Source: Polyangiales bacterium (lineage in GTDB: Bacteria > Myxococcota_A > Polyangia > Polyangiales > Ga0077539). From it: a stretch of DNA of 64,000 bases. Below are positions 18,486 through 28,615 of this stretch, piece after piece. The position numbers and the translations under genes were made by a program. How positions within the stretch are numbered: position 1 is the stretch's first letter; each line of letters starts with the position of its first letter. The notes beneath the pieces were generated by a model, which saw nothing but the letters and a program-made list of their open reading frames with translations, searched no databases and was not told where the DNA came from. The stretch lies in the NCBI GenBank assembly GCA_044229975.1, contig JBGARZ010000021.1, forward strand, positions 64,001 to 128,000, written 5' to 3'.

Positions 18486-19223
18486 GTGGCCGTCGCGCGC
18501 GAACGCGTTGATCGCCTCCTCGTCGACAAGGGTCTCGCCGAGAGTCGCGAGCGCGCCCAGTCGCTGCTCATCGCGGGTCGGGTGTTCGTCGCGGGTCAGC
18601 GCGTCGACAAGCCGGGCCACCGGTTGCCCATCGACACGGTGCTGGAGGTGCGGGGCGACGCGTGTCCCTACGTCTCGCGCGGCGGGCTGAAGCTCGCGGG
18701 CGTGCTCGACCCGCTCGGCGTCGACCCGGCGGGCCGCGTCTGCCTCGACGTGGGCGCGAGCACCGGCGGGTTCACCGATGTGTTGTTGCAGCGCGGTGCG
18801 ACGAAGGTGTGGGCCGTGGACGTGGGCCACGGGCAGCTCCACGAGCGCATCCGCCGCGACGCGCGGGTGGTCGTGCACGAGGGCGTCAACGCGCGGCTGG
18901 GACTGCGGCAGGTGGTCGACGAGCTGGTGTCGCTGGTGGTGATGGACGTGTCGTTCATCTCGCTGACGAAGGTGTTGCCTGCGGTGGTCGAGGTGCTCGC
19001 GGCGGGCGCGTCGGTGGTGGCGATGGTGAAGCCGCAGTTCGAGCTGGAGCCGAAGCTGGTCCCGGGCGGCGTGGTGCGCGACGACGCGCTGCGCATGCGC
19101 GCGGTGGACGGCGTGGTGGCCGCGGCGCAGGCGCTCGGACTGACGTGCGTGGGGCGGGAGGACTCGCCGGTGCACGGACCCGCGGGCAACCGCGAGGTGT
19201 TCGTGCACCTGCGGCGGGGGTGA
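18486..19223 (+). CDS. tlyA: TlyA family rRNA 2'-O-methyltransferase
   Basis: S4-like RVDRLLVDKGLAESRERAQ; YVSRGGLKL; LDVGASTGGFTDVLLQRGA; DVSFISL; VKPQFE; GPAGNRE. Confidence 0.93.
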   Translation: MAVARERVDRLLVDKGLAESRERAQSLLIAGRVFVAGQRVDKPGHRLPIDTVLEVRGDACPYVSRGGLKLAGVLDPLGVDPAGRVCLDVGASTGGFTDVLLQRGATKVWAVDVGHGQLHERIRRDARVVVHEGVNARLGLRQVVDELVSLVVMDVSFISLTKVLPAVVEVLAAGASVVAMVKPQFELEPKLVPGGVVRDDALRMRAVDGVVAAAQALGLTCVGREDSPVHGPAGNREVFVHLRRG

Positions 19224-19250
19224 CGTCGGGGGGTGTCCGACGCGTCGTGA

Positions 19251-19470
19251 CCGGAGTTCACGGTGCAGGCGGTGCGCCCGTCGCGTCCCGTTCACTCCGG
19301 GCTATTTCACGCGGATCGCCCCGCTGCTGCGGGGCTCCGTTTACCTATTCAGATATATTCGTACGGCAACAGACGGGTCACTGGAGCCCCGCAGCAGCGG
19401 GGCGATCCGCGTGAAATAGCCCGGAGTGAACGGGACGCGACGGGCGCACCGCCTGCACCGTGAACTCCGG
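19251..19470. repeat. 88-bp perfect inverted repeat around a 44-bp lower-GC loop
   Basis: Arms 19251-19338 and 19383-19470 are exact reverse complements; lies between convergent tlyA and the MoxR gene. Confidence 0.9.
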
Positions 19471-19566
19471 CGACGACGCGACGGGCGCACCGCCTGCACC
19501 GTGAACTCCGGCGACGACGCGACCGGCGCACCGCCTGCACCGTGAACTCCGGCGACGACGCGACGG
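19434..19566 (+). repeat. 41-bp tandem repeat, 3 copies plus a partial
   Basis: Unit GACGCGACGGGCGCACCGCCTGCACCGTGAACTCCGGCGAC at 19434, 19475 and 19516 (one mismatch), partial at 19557. Confidence 0.9.
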
Positions 19567-19575
19567 AAACCCTGG

Positions 19576-20735
<1,160 letters not shown>

Positions 20736-20739
<4 letters not shown>

Positions 20740-21869
20740 GAGACGGCTGCCTCCATGAGACCGGCGCCCTGGAGGAGCGGCGCCGACGGGGGGTCCTTGA
20801 TCGTTGAGCGGGCGGGTTCGAAGGGCAGCGCCCGGCGCAGGGCCTCGACGGAGAGGCCGAGCCACGGCGCGGCGCGCTCGGGGCCGAGGCGCAGGTAGGC
20901 GTCCATCGCGAGCGGCTGTGAGACGGAGGTGACCGACCCCTGCGGCGCGCCGCCGGCGACCGACGACGGCGTCACGACGCCGCGATGACCGAGCGCGTCG
21001 AGGCAGAGCATCTCGAGGTGGAAGCGCAGCAGCGTCTCGGCGACGGCGCGCGGGGCGCCCATCCGCATGGCGGTGAGGGTGGCCTGTTCGAGCGCCCGCA
21101 CCGACGAGGCGCCGCGGGCGAGCACGGCGCGGTGGGCGGCGCCGCGGATGGCCCCGTCGGCGATGGCGTTGATGGACGACGGGGTCCACCGAAACGTCCA
21201 CGGCGCGGGGCGATCGGCGAGGAGGATGTCGGTGAGCGGCGAGGCGGCGAGCGCGGCGCGGGTGACGTCCGTGAGCTCGGGGACATCACCCGACCCGGAG
21301 CCCTTCACTTCGAGCGCGGCGAGCAGCGAGAAGAGGTCGACGCGGCGACGGCTCTCGCGCACACGACGCACCGAGGGCAGCGCGACGAGGGCCTTCGGGG
21401 GAGCGACGCCGATGAAGTCCGCGTACCCGGCCCAGAACTCCACGTGGGTGTCGACGCGGCCAAGGTCTCCGAGCCGGCTGAGCACGGCGTGGCGGAGGGC
21501 GATCTCGAAGCGCGACACGGGGGCCTTCACCCATTCGAGCAGCGCCACGCACCAGTGGCGGGCGACCTTGCGGAGACCCGAGCGCCCGGCGGCTTCGGGG
21601 TGGGTCATGGCGAGCAGGTCGTACCAGACGGCGGCGAGGGCGAGGGCGTCGAGGGGGAGGGTGTCGAGGGGGCCGACGGTTCCGAGACGGAGGAGGCGTT
21701 TGCGGGCGACGTCGCAGATGCGGACGAGGCGCGTGGCGTCGGGGTGGGGCGAGCGCGTCCAGGCGACGAGGGCGGTGGGGGCGATGAGTCCGTCGACGAC
21801 GACGCGGCCACCGAGCACGAGCGGCTCGACGAAGGCCGACACGAACTCGTCGACGGTGGGCTCAGCCAC
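20736..21869 (-). CDS. Hypothetical protein, middle gene of MoxR operon
   Basis: 377-aa ORF overlapping both neighbours; helical, no recognised enzyme motif. Confidence 0.75.
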
Positions 21870-23442
21870 GGGTCTCGGAGTCGTCCTCGACGGACGGCGC
21901 GACGGCGACGGTGGGGTTCTGATCGGCGAGGGTCGGCGACGGGGGACGTGACGCGGGAAGCTCGGCGCGGGCCATCGGCGAGAGCAATCCCGTGAGCAAC
22001 CCCGGTGGTGTGGGCCAGAGGTCGGGCAGGGGGAGCTCCGCGTCGAGAGGGCCGACGAGGGTCTCCTCTTCGATCACCGGGAGGTCGGACAGGAGCACCT
22101 TGGTCGCGGGCACGAAGGCGCTCTGCGCGACGGCCGTGAGCGGTCGCGTGCCGCCCGTGACGAAGACGCGGAGGTCGCTCGTGGCGCGCGAGAGCTGTCG
22201 CAGCACATCGGGCGGAACGGGCGGAGACAGCCCCCACCCGAGCGGCACGAAGACACCGTCGCCGAGCTCTTCGTAGAGGGTCCCGAGCGGCACGGCGTCG
22301 GCGGCGTCGGGCCCGTGGAGGAAGATCGACTCGTCGGTGAAGGCGATGGACAGCTTGCCGAGCGTGGTGGGCGGCAGCACGCCGAGGATGCGCCCGAGGG
22401 TCTCCTGCTCGCGCACCGGGATGATGGCGGCCGCGACGCGCTTGGGGGCGCTGCCGGTGGGGACGAGCCGCAGCGGGAGGTTGAAGGTCGCGGTGATGCC
22501 GAAGGTCTTCGCGCTGTCGACGGTGGTCTGCGCGTTGGCGACGAGGCTGGTCACCGATTGAACGTCGACGAAGGGCGGGCGCTGCGCGAGGGCGATGGCG
22601 CCGACCCCTTCGGCGCGGAAGAGCACGAGCTCTTCGCTGCCGAAGAGGGGTGCGCACGACGAGAGCGGGATGGGGTGGCGGTAGCCGAACTCCACCGCGC
22701 AGCGCTCGCCATCGGGGACGAAGAGGCTGACACCGGGGAGCGACCGCAGGAGCTGCACGAAACGCGAGGCAGGCGAGGCGAGCTGGAGGAGGATGCCTTG
22801 ATCGACGGCGTCGCTCGGGCCGCCGCGCTGCCACTCGACCATGGCGACGCGGGCGGGGGCGTTCCAGCGGGCAAGGTAGCCGATGACGGAGTCGCCGAGG
22901 CCGGGGCGCAGGAGCGCGTAGAGGGTGCGCGGCGTCTCCCAACGCGCGCGGTGCAGCGCCTGCGGGGCGAGCCGCAGCAGCAGGTCGCGGAGCGAGAGCA
23001 CCTTGTCGTGCCGGTAGGGCTGCGCGAAGCGGTCGTGATAGAGCGCGACGTCGCCAGGCTCGGGGAGCAGCTCGGAGATGTCGTAGCCAAAGGGCGCCTG
23101 GGCGTCGCGGTACTTGACGAAGTGTCGACCCGACCCGGTGAACACCATCGCGCCGACGAGGCGGGCGATGGCGGCGAGACGGTCCATGCGGTGCGAGGCG
23201 CCCGACTGGACCTCCACGAGGAGCTCGCGGGTGCGGAGCGGCGAGATGACCTGCACGATGCGGAGCGCGTCGAGGAGCTCGTCGAGCGCGCCGTCTTCGC
23301 CGAGGGAGCGCAGGAGGGCGACGAGGCGCTCCATGGAGGGGACGAGCACGACCCCCACGGGGCCGAGCGCCACGCCGCGCACGTCGGGGCTGAGTCCGGG
23401 CGCCCGAAACCGGCTCTGGTGCTGCGCGACCCGCTCGATCAC
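21862..23442 (-). CDS. Hypothetical protein, first gene of MoxR operon
   Basis: About 526 aa from GTG 23442 (MIERVAQHQSRF...); distinctive block FTGSGRHFVKYRDAQAPFGYD and EFGYRHPIPL. Confidence 0.78.
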   Translation of the reverse strand: MIERVAQHQSRFRAPGLSPDVRGVALGPVGVVLVPSMERLVALLRSLGEDGALDELLDALRIVQVISPLRTRELLVEVQSGASHRMDRLAAIARLVGAMVFTGSGRHFVKYRDAQAPFGYDISELLPEPGDVALYHDRFAQPYRHDKVLSLRDLLLRLAPQALHRARWETPRTLYALLRPGLGDSVIGYLARWNAPARVAMVEWQRGGPSDAVDQGILLQLASPASRFVQLLRSLPGVSLFVPDGERCAVEFGYRHPIPLSSCAPLFGSEELVLFRAEGVGAIALAQRPPFVDVQSVTSLVANAQTTVDSAKTFGITATFNLPLRLVPTGSAPKRVAAAIIPVREQETLGRILGVLPPTTLGKLSIAFTDESIFLHGPDAADAVPLGTLYEELGDGVFVPLGWGLSPPVPPDVLRQLSRATSDLRVFVTGGTRPLTAVAQSAFVPATKVLLSDLPVIEEETLVGPLDAELPLPDLWPTPPGLLTGLLSPMARAELPASRPPSPTLADQNPTVAVAPSVEDDSETRG

Positions 23443-23539
23443 CGGCGGACCGTACTTCGTATCCCCCGGGGGATTCAATCGCGACGAGTGTCCGCGAGCG
23501 ATTGACGCACTGGCCCTCTCCGCGCAACGTGCGAGGCCC

Positions 23540-24070
23540 ATGACATGGCCCCTCCGGCGCTCGACGGGCGCCCTCTTCGCGACGCTGGCGTTCACTGCGG
23601 TGCTGTCCGCGCAGACCGTCCCCCGACCGACCCCGCGCGAGGCGATGGACCGGGCGCTCACGCCGCTGCGCGAGGCCCAGTCCGCGCTGTCGCTCACCGA
23701 GGACGAGCGCACCCGACTGCGGGACGTCACCGACCGCGGCGAGGCGTGGGCCGCCGAGCTCGTCGAGGCCGAGCACCACCGCGATCAGCGGACCGTGCAG
23801 GCCCGGACGCGTCGCATCGCGTGGCTCGCGCGGGTGATGCGCTCGCGGGTCGAGGCGATGCGGGCGCAGTCCGCGTCCGCGCAGGCGCTGACGGCGACGG
23901 CTGCTCTGCGCGGTACGGTGGGCGAGCGGCGCGCGGCGCGCGATCGTGTGAGCGAGGCGCTGGTGGCGGCCGAGCGCAACGACCCGGTGTCGACGAGGCA
24001 GCTGCCTCGACCCGACGCCGACTCAGGCGCATTGACGACAGGTGACGCGGCGACGGGGGTGGGGCGATGA
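23540..24070 (+). CDS. Hypothetical exported coiled-coil protein
   Basis: Signal peptide then Ala/Arg/Glu helical content; ATGA overlap with the next gene. Confidence 0.55.
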   Translation: MTWPLRRSTGALFATLAFTAVLSAQTVPRPTPREAMDRALTPLREAQSALSLTEDERTRLRDVTDRGEAWAAELVEAEHHRDQRTVQARTRRIAWLARVMRSRVEAMRAQSASAQALTATAALRGTVGERRAARDRVSEALVAAERNDPVSTRQLPRPDADSGALTTGDAATGVGR

Positions 24071-25128
24071 ACACGCAACGACACCTGGGATGGATGCTCT
24101 CCCTGTCGCTGCTCGGTTGCGCCGGGTCGACGGTGCGACCCGACGAAGACCCGGTGGCGCGCGCGCTGGCCGGGCCCGTCGCACGTAGCCTCGTGACGGG
24201 TGCGCCCGAGGCGTGGGCGGAGGTGCTGCGCGAGGCCGACCGCGTTCGCTCGTTGCCCGAGAGCGAACGGGCCGACGGCGAGGTCGAGCTCGCGCTGGCA
24301 TTGGAGTGGGCGCAGGGCGTGGCCGAGCGCGGCGCGGCCGATCGTGCGTTGGCGGAGACCGCGACGCAGCGCGCGTCGCTCACGGAAGAGCAGACGCGCC
24401 TCGACGCCGAGGTGACCCGCCTCGAAGCGTCGGTGCAGCGCAGCGTCGCCGCGCATGCGCAGGTGGGCGGCGCGCAGGCGGCGGCGCGAGCACCGACGGC
24501 GGTGGAGGCAGCGCGGCGGGCCGCGACCGCGGACGACCTCGACCAGCAGACCGAGCTGCTCCTCGCGGCGGCCGAGCTCTTCGGCGCGCGGCCCGAGGCG
24601 CTTGCTCCGCTGCGGGCGCGGGTCGTCCAGGGGCGCGCGTCGGGCGCCAATCGCGTCGCGACGTCGGCCGCGATCTACCGCGAGGCCGAGACGCAGCTCG
24701 ACGTGGCGCGGTCGTCGGGCGCGGTGGTGTCGGCGGCCGACGTCGAAGCGTTGAGGTTGCAGTCGTCGCTGACGGAGAGCGAAGGGGTCGACGCTCATCG
24801 TGATCCGCGGGGTGTCGTCGCGGTGCTGCGCGGTCTCTTCGCGGGCCCGCGGCTGGCGCCGACGTCACGCGCGCGGGTCGAGCTCCTCGGTCGGGTCATC
24901 CGGTCGCACGGGACGCTCCCGGTGCGCGTCGAGTGCTTCGTCGGCGGAGCCGTCGCGACCAGCGCCACGGCGACCGCGCGCGCTCAGGCCAACGCCTTGC
25001 GCGCGGCGTTGATCACGGCGGGCGTCCCGACCGAGCGCGTCGTGGCGGCGGGCTTCCATCGTCCCGCCGGGAGCGCTCGCACCGAAGACCGCGTCGAGGT
25101 CGTGTTGCTCACCCCGCGCGCGGAGTAG
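24067..25128 (+). CDS. Lipoprotein with coiled coil and degenerate C-terminal OmpA-like domain
   Basis: Lipobox LLGC; ANALRAALITAGVPTERVVAAGF...EDRVEVVL OmpA_C-like. Confidence 0.65.
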   Translation: MNTQRHLGWMLSLSLLGCAGSTVRPDEDPVARALAGPVARSLVTGAPEAWAEVLREADRVRSLPESERADGEVELALALEWAQGVAERGAADRALAETATQRASLTEEQTRLDAEVTRLEASVQRSVAAHAQVGGAQAAARAPTAVEAARRAATADDLDQQTELLLAAAELFGARPEALAPLRARVVQGRASGANRVATSAAIYREAETQLDVARSSGAVVSAADVEALRLQSSLTESEGVDAHRDPRGVVAVLRGLFAGPRLAPTSRARVELLGRVIRSHGTLPVRVECFVGGAVATSATATARAQANALRAALITAGVPTERVVAAGFHRPAGSARTEDRVEVVLLTPRAE

Positions 25129-25137
25129 GCGACCGAC

Positions 25138-25803
25138 TCACGGGCTGGCGCCTTCGCGGAGACCCTCGACGTGCCAGCCGTCGCGCTCCCACACGAGGAG
25201 CAGCACGCGCCCATCAGGGAGCTGCACCCGTGTCGACCCTGGAACGTCTGGAAAACGCAGCGCGTCCGGGTCTTCGAGCGCCCCGGCCAACGCCCGCAGG
25301 TCGCTCTCCATGGCGCCGCGCGCTCGCGCGGACAGCATCGCGATGAGTCCCTGGAGGTCGCCACGCAGCAAGGTCCGGCGGAGGTGTTCGAGCGCGGCGC
25401 GGGCCCCGTCGCGTCCGGGGGTGGTCACCACCGAGGCGTCGCCGAGGGCCGGGCCGCCGACGCGCCAGCCATCGCGCTCCTCGACGGCAAGCACCCGACG
25501 CGAACGCTCTCGCAACTCGACCGACACCGGCGCGCCAGCGCGCAACGCGTCGTCGACCGAGGCCCGCAGCTCGTCGACGGAGCGCAGATCGGCACCCACG
25601 CGGGCACGAAAGGCTTCGCGGGTCTCGGCCCGCCGAGCGCGCTCGGGTAGGAGGTCATAGAGCGCACCCGCGGGGTCGGACGAACGGGTCGCTGCCACGA
25701 CCGACAGCAGCGTCGCGCGTGGCGAGGAGGGCGACGGAGCGCAACCCAGCGCGGCCAGCACGACGACTCCCAGACAACCGCGGGTCGTGGCCGAACTCGT
25801 CAC
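25138..25803 (-). CDS. Hypothetical lipoprotein
   Basis: Lipobox ALGC; internal duplication ending ERDGWRV / ERDGWHV. Confidence 0.6.
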   Translation of the reverse strand: MTSSATTRGCLGVVVLAALGCAPSPSSPRATLLSVVAATRSSDPAGALYDLLPERARRAETREAFRARVGADLRSVDELRASVDDALRAGAPVSVELRERSRRVLAVEERDGWRVGGPALGDASVVTTPGRDGARAALEHLRRTLLRGDLQGLIAMLSARARGAMESDLRALAGALEDPDALRFPDVPGSTRVQLPDGRVLLLVWERDGWHVEGLREGASP

Positions 25804-25986
25804 GCGAAGGCGACCCTAAGCCTGCGCCGACGTCGGGCACAATCCCGGAGGTGTTCACGCGAGGCTTGTGAAGCACCGTTCACGCGGGCGCGCTCGCCTC
25901 GGGTGAGCCGGATGGACTGAGTGCGTGGCATGGTTCTGTCATAGACTGACGTCATCACAAGATCCCCACACCGGGAGGCGATCCTC

Positions 25987-27039
25987 ATGAGCCGACTTCA
26001 CTTCACGCCCGCCAGACTCGTCCTCGCGCTGATCGCGACGGGCCTCCTCGGTAGCGCCGCCGCTGGATGCTCCGACGACTCCTACTACTGCGACTCCAAC
26101 GGCTGCTATTTCTGCGACGGCGTGGGCTGTCGGGCCGTCGCCCCGCCCACCCGCGCGACCTGCGCTGGCGACTACCAGTGCGCGACCAACCAGGTCTGCA
26201 CCAGCCTCGGCTGCGCGCCCACCTGCCTCAACGACGCCGACTGCTCGCAGGGCTGGGTCTGCCGTGGCGCTTCGGGCACCACCCGCGGTCTGTGCGTAGC
26301 CCCCACCGAGACCACGCCCACCCGCAACCCCGGCACCTGCACCGACAACAGCCAGTGCTCGGGCGGCGCCGTCTGCCTCGACGGCACCTGCGCGCGGCGC
26401 ACCTGCGACAGCACCACCACGAGCTGCGCCTGCACCGACAACACCCAGTGCTCCGGCGGCCAGGTCTGCCTCGCGGGTCGCTGCGCCGTCCCCACCGACG
26501 CGTGCCGCTTCAACTCGCAGTGCGGCGCGGGTCGCGTCTGCGTCAACCAGGTCTGCCGGGCTGCGTGCAGCGCCGCCAACCCGTGCCCCACCGGGCAGGC
26601 GTGTGACACCGCGAGCGGCGCGTGCGTCGATCGCCCCGCCGGCCAGTGCACCCGCGACAGCGAGTGCGGCACCGGTCGCCGCTGCCTCAACTCCACCTGC
26701 CTCACCCGATGCGCGTCGGCCACCGACTGCGGCACCGGCACCTACTGCTCCGATCAGGGCGTGTGCGAGGCCGACACCCGGCGCCAGCCCACGTGCTCCA
26801 GCAGCGTCGCCTGCGCCGCGGGCAGCCAGTGCCTCGATGGCGTCTGCCGCGTCCCCTGCACCACCGCCAACCAGTGCCTGATGACCGCGGTGGAGTACCG
26901 CAACTGCGAAGCCATCGCGTACCTCGGCACCACGCAGCGGTACTGCCAGACCAACAGCGAGGTTCAGTCCAACTGCGGTGCGCAGCGCGACTGCGCCGCG
27001 GGTCAGTCCTGCGTCGACGGCACCTGCCGCAGCAACTGA
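25987..27039 (+). CDS. Cysteine-rich repeat lipoprotein
   Basis: GGGAGG RBS upstream; lipobox AAGC; many C-x4-C-x4/5-C-x4-C repeats (e.g. CTDNSQCSGGAVCLDGTC). Confidence 0.85.
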   Translation: MSRLHFTPARLVLALIATGLLGSAAAGCSDDSYYCDSNGCYFCDGVGCRAVAPPTRATCAGDYQCATNQVCTSLGCAPTCLNDADCSQGWVCRGASGTTRGLCVAPTETTPTRNPGTCTDNSQCSGGAVCLDGTCARRTCDSTTTSCACTDNTQCSGGQVCLAGRCAVPTDACRFNSQCGAGRVCVNQVCRAACSAANPCPTGQACDTASGACVDRPAGQCTRDSECGTGRRCLNSTCLTRCASATDCGTGTYCSDQGVCEADTRRQPTCSSSVACAAGSQCLDGVCRVPCTTANQCLMTAVEYRNCEAIAYLGTTQRYCQTNSEVQSNCGAQRDCAAGQSCVDGTCRSN

Positions 27040-27079
27040 TCGCTCCCGTCATCACCCCTCCTTCGTCCCCCATCCGGGG

Positions 27080-27109
27080 TTGACGCCTCCCAATCCCCTC
27101 CGCTAGTTT
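27080..27109 (+). promoter_or_regulatory. Putative sigma70 promoter
   Basis: TTGACG (27080-27085), 18-bp spacer, TAGTTT (27104-27109), upstream of the small ORF at 27155. Confidence 0.5.
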
Positions 27110-27154
27110 CCGCGCCCCCTGCATCCAGAATCATTCGGATAGGAGCTCATTCCC

Positions 27155-27304
27155 ATGGTTTCCCTTACCCAACAGACCAGCCGCATCCGCCGCCGCAAGC
27201 AGACCTCCAACGGCAAGGTCAACAAGCGCGTCCGCCGCGCCAATGGCACGCCGGCCTTCCCGGTTCACGTCGAAGCCGTCGCGGCCGCCCCCGCCACGAA
27301 GTAG
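27155..27304 (+). CDS. Small basic protein (49 aa), absent from ORF track
   Basis: AGGAG RBS at 27141-27145; MVSLTQQTSRIRRRKQTSNGKVNKRVRRANGTPAFPVHVEAVAAAPATK; fills the intergenic gap; mostly C/G-ending codons. Confidence 0.75.
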   Translation: MVSLTQQTSRIRRRKQTSNGKVNKRVRRANGTPAFPVHVEAVAAAPATK

Positions 27305-27310
27305 CGCCCG

Positions 27311-28057
27311 TCAGTCCGCCGATCGCGTCGGTCGTGGGAGGTCCCAACCTCCCGCGACGGTGATCTCCGCGCCCGTCACGTACGCGGCCTCCTCCGACAA
27401 CAACCACCGCACCATCGCCGCCACATCGTCGGGCCTCCCGGCTCGTCCGCCGGGCGCCTTCGCCGCCACGCGCGCGAACACCTCCGGCTCGACGCCGCCC
27501 GTGTCGATGACACCCGGCGACACGCAGTTGACCGTCACACCATGGCCCGCGTGTTCGGCCGCGAGCGCGCGTGAGAAACACAACAGCGCCGCCTTGGCCG
27601 CGTACCAGGCCGCGATGGTCGCCGGGGGTCGCAGCGTCGAGACGCCCGCGTGCCCGAAGACCACCACGCGCCCGTAGCCGCGGTCGCGCATCGCGGGAGC
27701 GACCATCCCCGCGAGGCGCACCACCGCGAAGAGGTTGTCCTCGAAGACGCGCTGCCAGGACACCGCGGCGTCGGTGCTCGCGGGCGCCCGCGCGAAGGGC
27801 CCCGCCGCGTGGATCAGGGCATCGGGCGCCCCCAACCGTCGACGCACGTCGTCGAGCCAACGCCGCGTCGCGGTCTCATCGCTCACATCGCACAGCGACA
27901 CGTCGTGCCCGTCGCCGAGCGCTGCGCGCAGCGTGCGGAGGTCGCCGGTGTCGCGACGCCCCGCGACAGCGACCGCCCACCCGTCGTGCGCGAGGGACAG
28001 CGCGAGCGCCCGCCCGATGCCGCGCGCGCCGCCTGGGATGAGCGCCACGCGCCTCAG
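27311..28057 (-). CDS. SDR family oxidoreductase
   Basis: PGGARGIG, WYAAKAA (YxxxK), VNCVSPG, YVTGAEITVAGG; start uncertain (28057 or 28048). Confidence 0.88.
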   Translation of the reverse strand: MRRVALIPGGARGIGRALALSLAHDGWAVAVAGRRDTGDLRTLRAALGDGHDVSLCDVSDETATRRWLDDVRRRLGAPDALIHAAGPFARAPASTDAAVSWQRVFEDNLFAVVRLAGMVAPAMRDRGYGRVVVFGHAGVSTLRPPATIAAWYAAKAALLCFSRALAAEHAGHGVTVNCVSPGVIDTGGVEPEVFARVAAKAPGGRAGRPDDVAAMVRWLLSEEAAYVTGAEITVAGGWDLPRPTRSAD

Positions 28058-28494
28058 GGGATCACCTCGCGCACCATCGCCTCGGCGGTGTCGCCGTCGA
28101 AGCCAAACGCCGAGGCCAGCCACTCCAGGAAGTCGGTCTCGTCGGCGGAGAACTCCCCGTCGCTCGACGCGCAGTACACCGCGAGCTGAAACGCCGCCCG
28201 TCGCAGCCCCGGCTCCGTGATGCCCGCCGCGAGCGCGTGGATGCGCGCGGTGACCTTCGGCTCCGTGTCGTGGGCGGCCATCTCTTCGAGCAGCGCGCGG
28301 GCGTCGTCGTCGTCGAAGTCGCTGAGCCCGGGTATCTGCTGGATCGTCGCGACGATGCCATCGAGCTCGTGGGTCTCGACCTCGCCGTCCGAGGTCGCCG
28401 ACCACAGCGCGAGCTCGGCGACCCGAACCCCTTGCTCGGTCAGCAGGTCTTCCTCGCGAATCTCACTGAACGATCGACGGACGCTGTACGCCAT
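28054..28494 (-). CDS. TerB-family (tellurite resistance-like) protein
   Basis: Duplicated acidic motifs SDGEVETHE and SDGEFSADETDFLEWLASAFG. Confidence 0.8.
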   Translation of the reverse strand: MAYSVRRSFSEIREEDLLTEQGVRVAELALWSATSDGEVETHELDGIVATIQQIPGLSDFDDDDARALLEEMAAHDTEPKVTARIHALAAGITEPGLRRAAFQLAVYCASSDGEFSADETDFLEWLASAFGFDGDTAEAMVREVIP

Positions 28495-28615
28495 GACGGC
28501 TCGCACCCTCGCACGGCCCCGCGGTCGCCCTCAACCGGCGCTCGTCACCATCGCTCACGCAGCGTTCGTAGTGCGACGGTCGCCCGCGAGGCGCGTGGTA
28601 GCGTGCGCGCTAGCG

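Noticed and set aside
19339..19382. Lower-GC loop as a dif site or replication origin
   Set aside because: No XerC/XerD-like dif consensus and no DnaA boxes; too short
19434..19566. 41-bp repeats as a CRISPR array
   Set aside because: Units abut with no unique spacers and no cas genes are present in the window
25926..25941. Possible sigma54 promoter TGGCATGGTTCTGTCA upstream of the Cys-rich lipoprotein
   Set aside because: The -24 box matches, but the -12 position reads TC rather than the conserved GC
28054..28494. TerB gene as part of a ter stress/defence operon
   Set aside because: Stand-alone and coupled only to an SDR; no other ter genes
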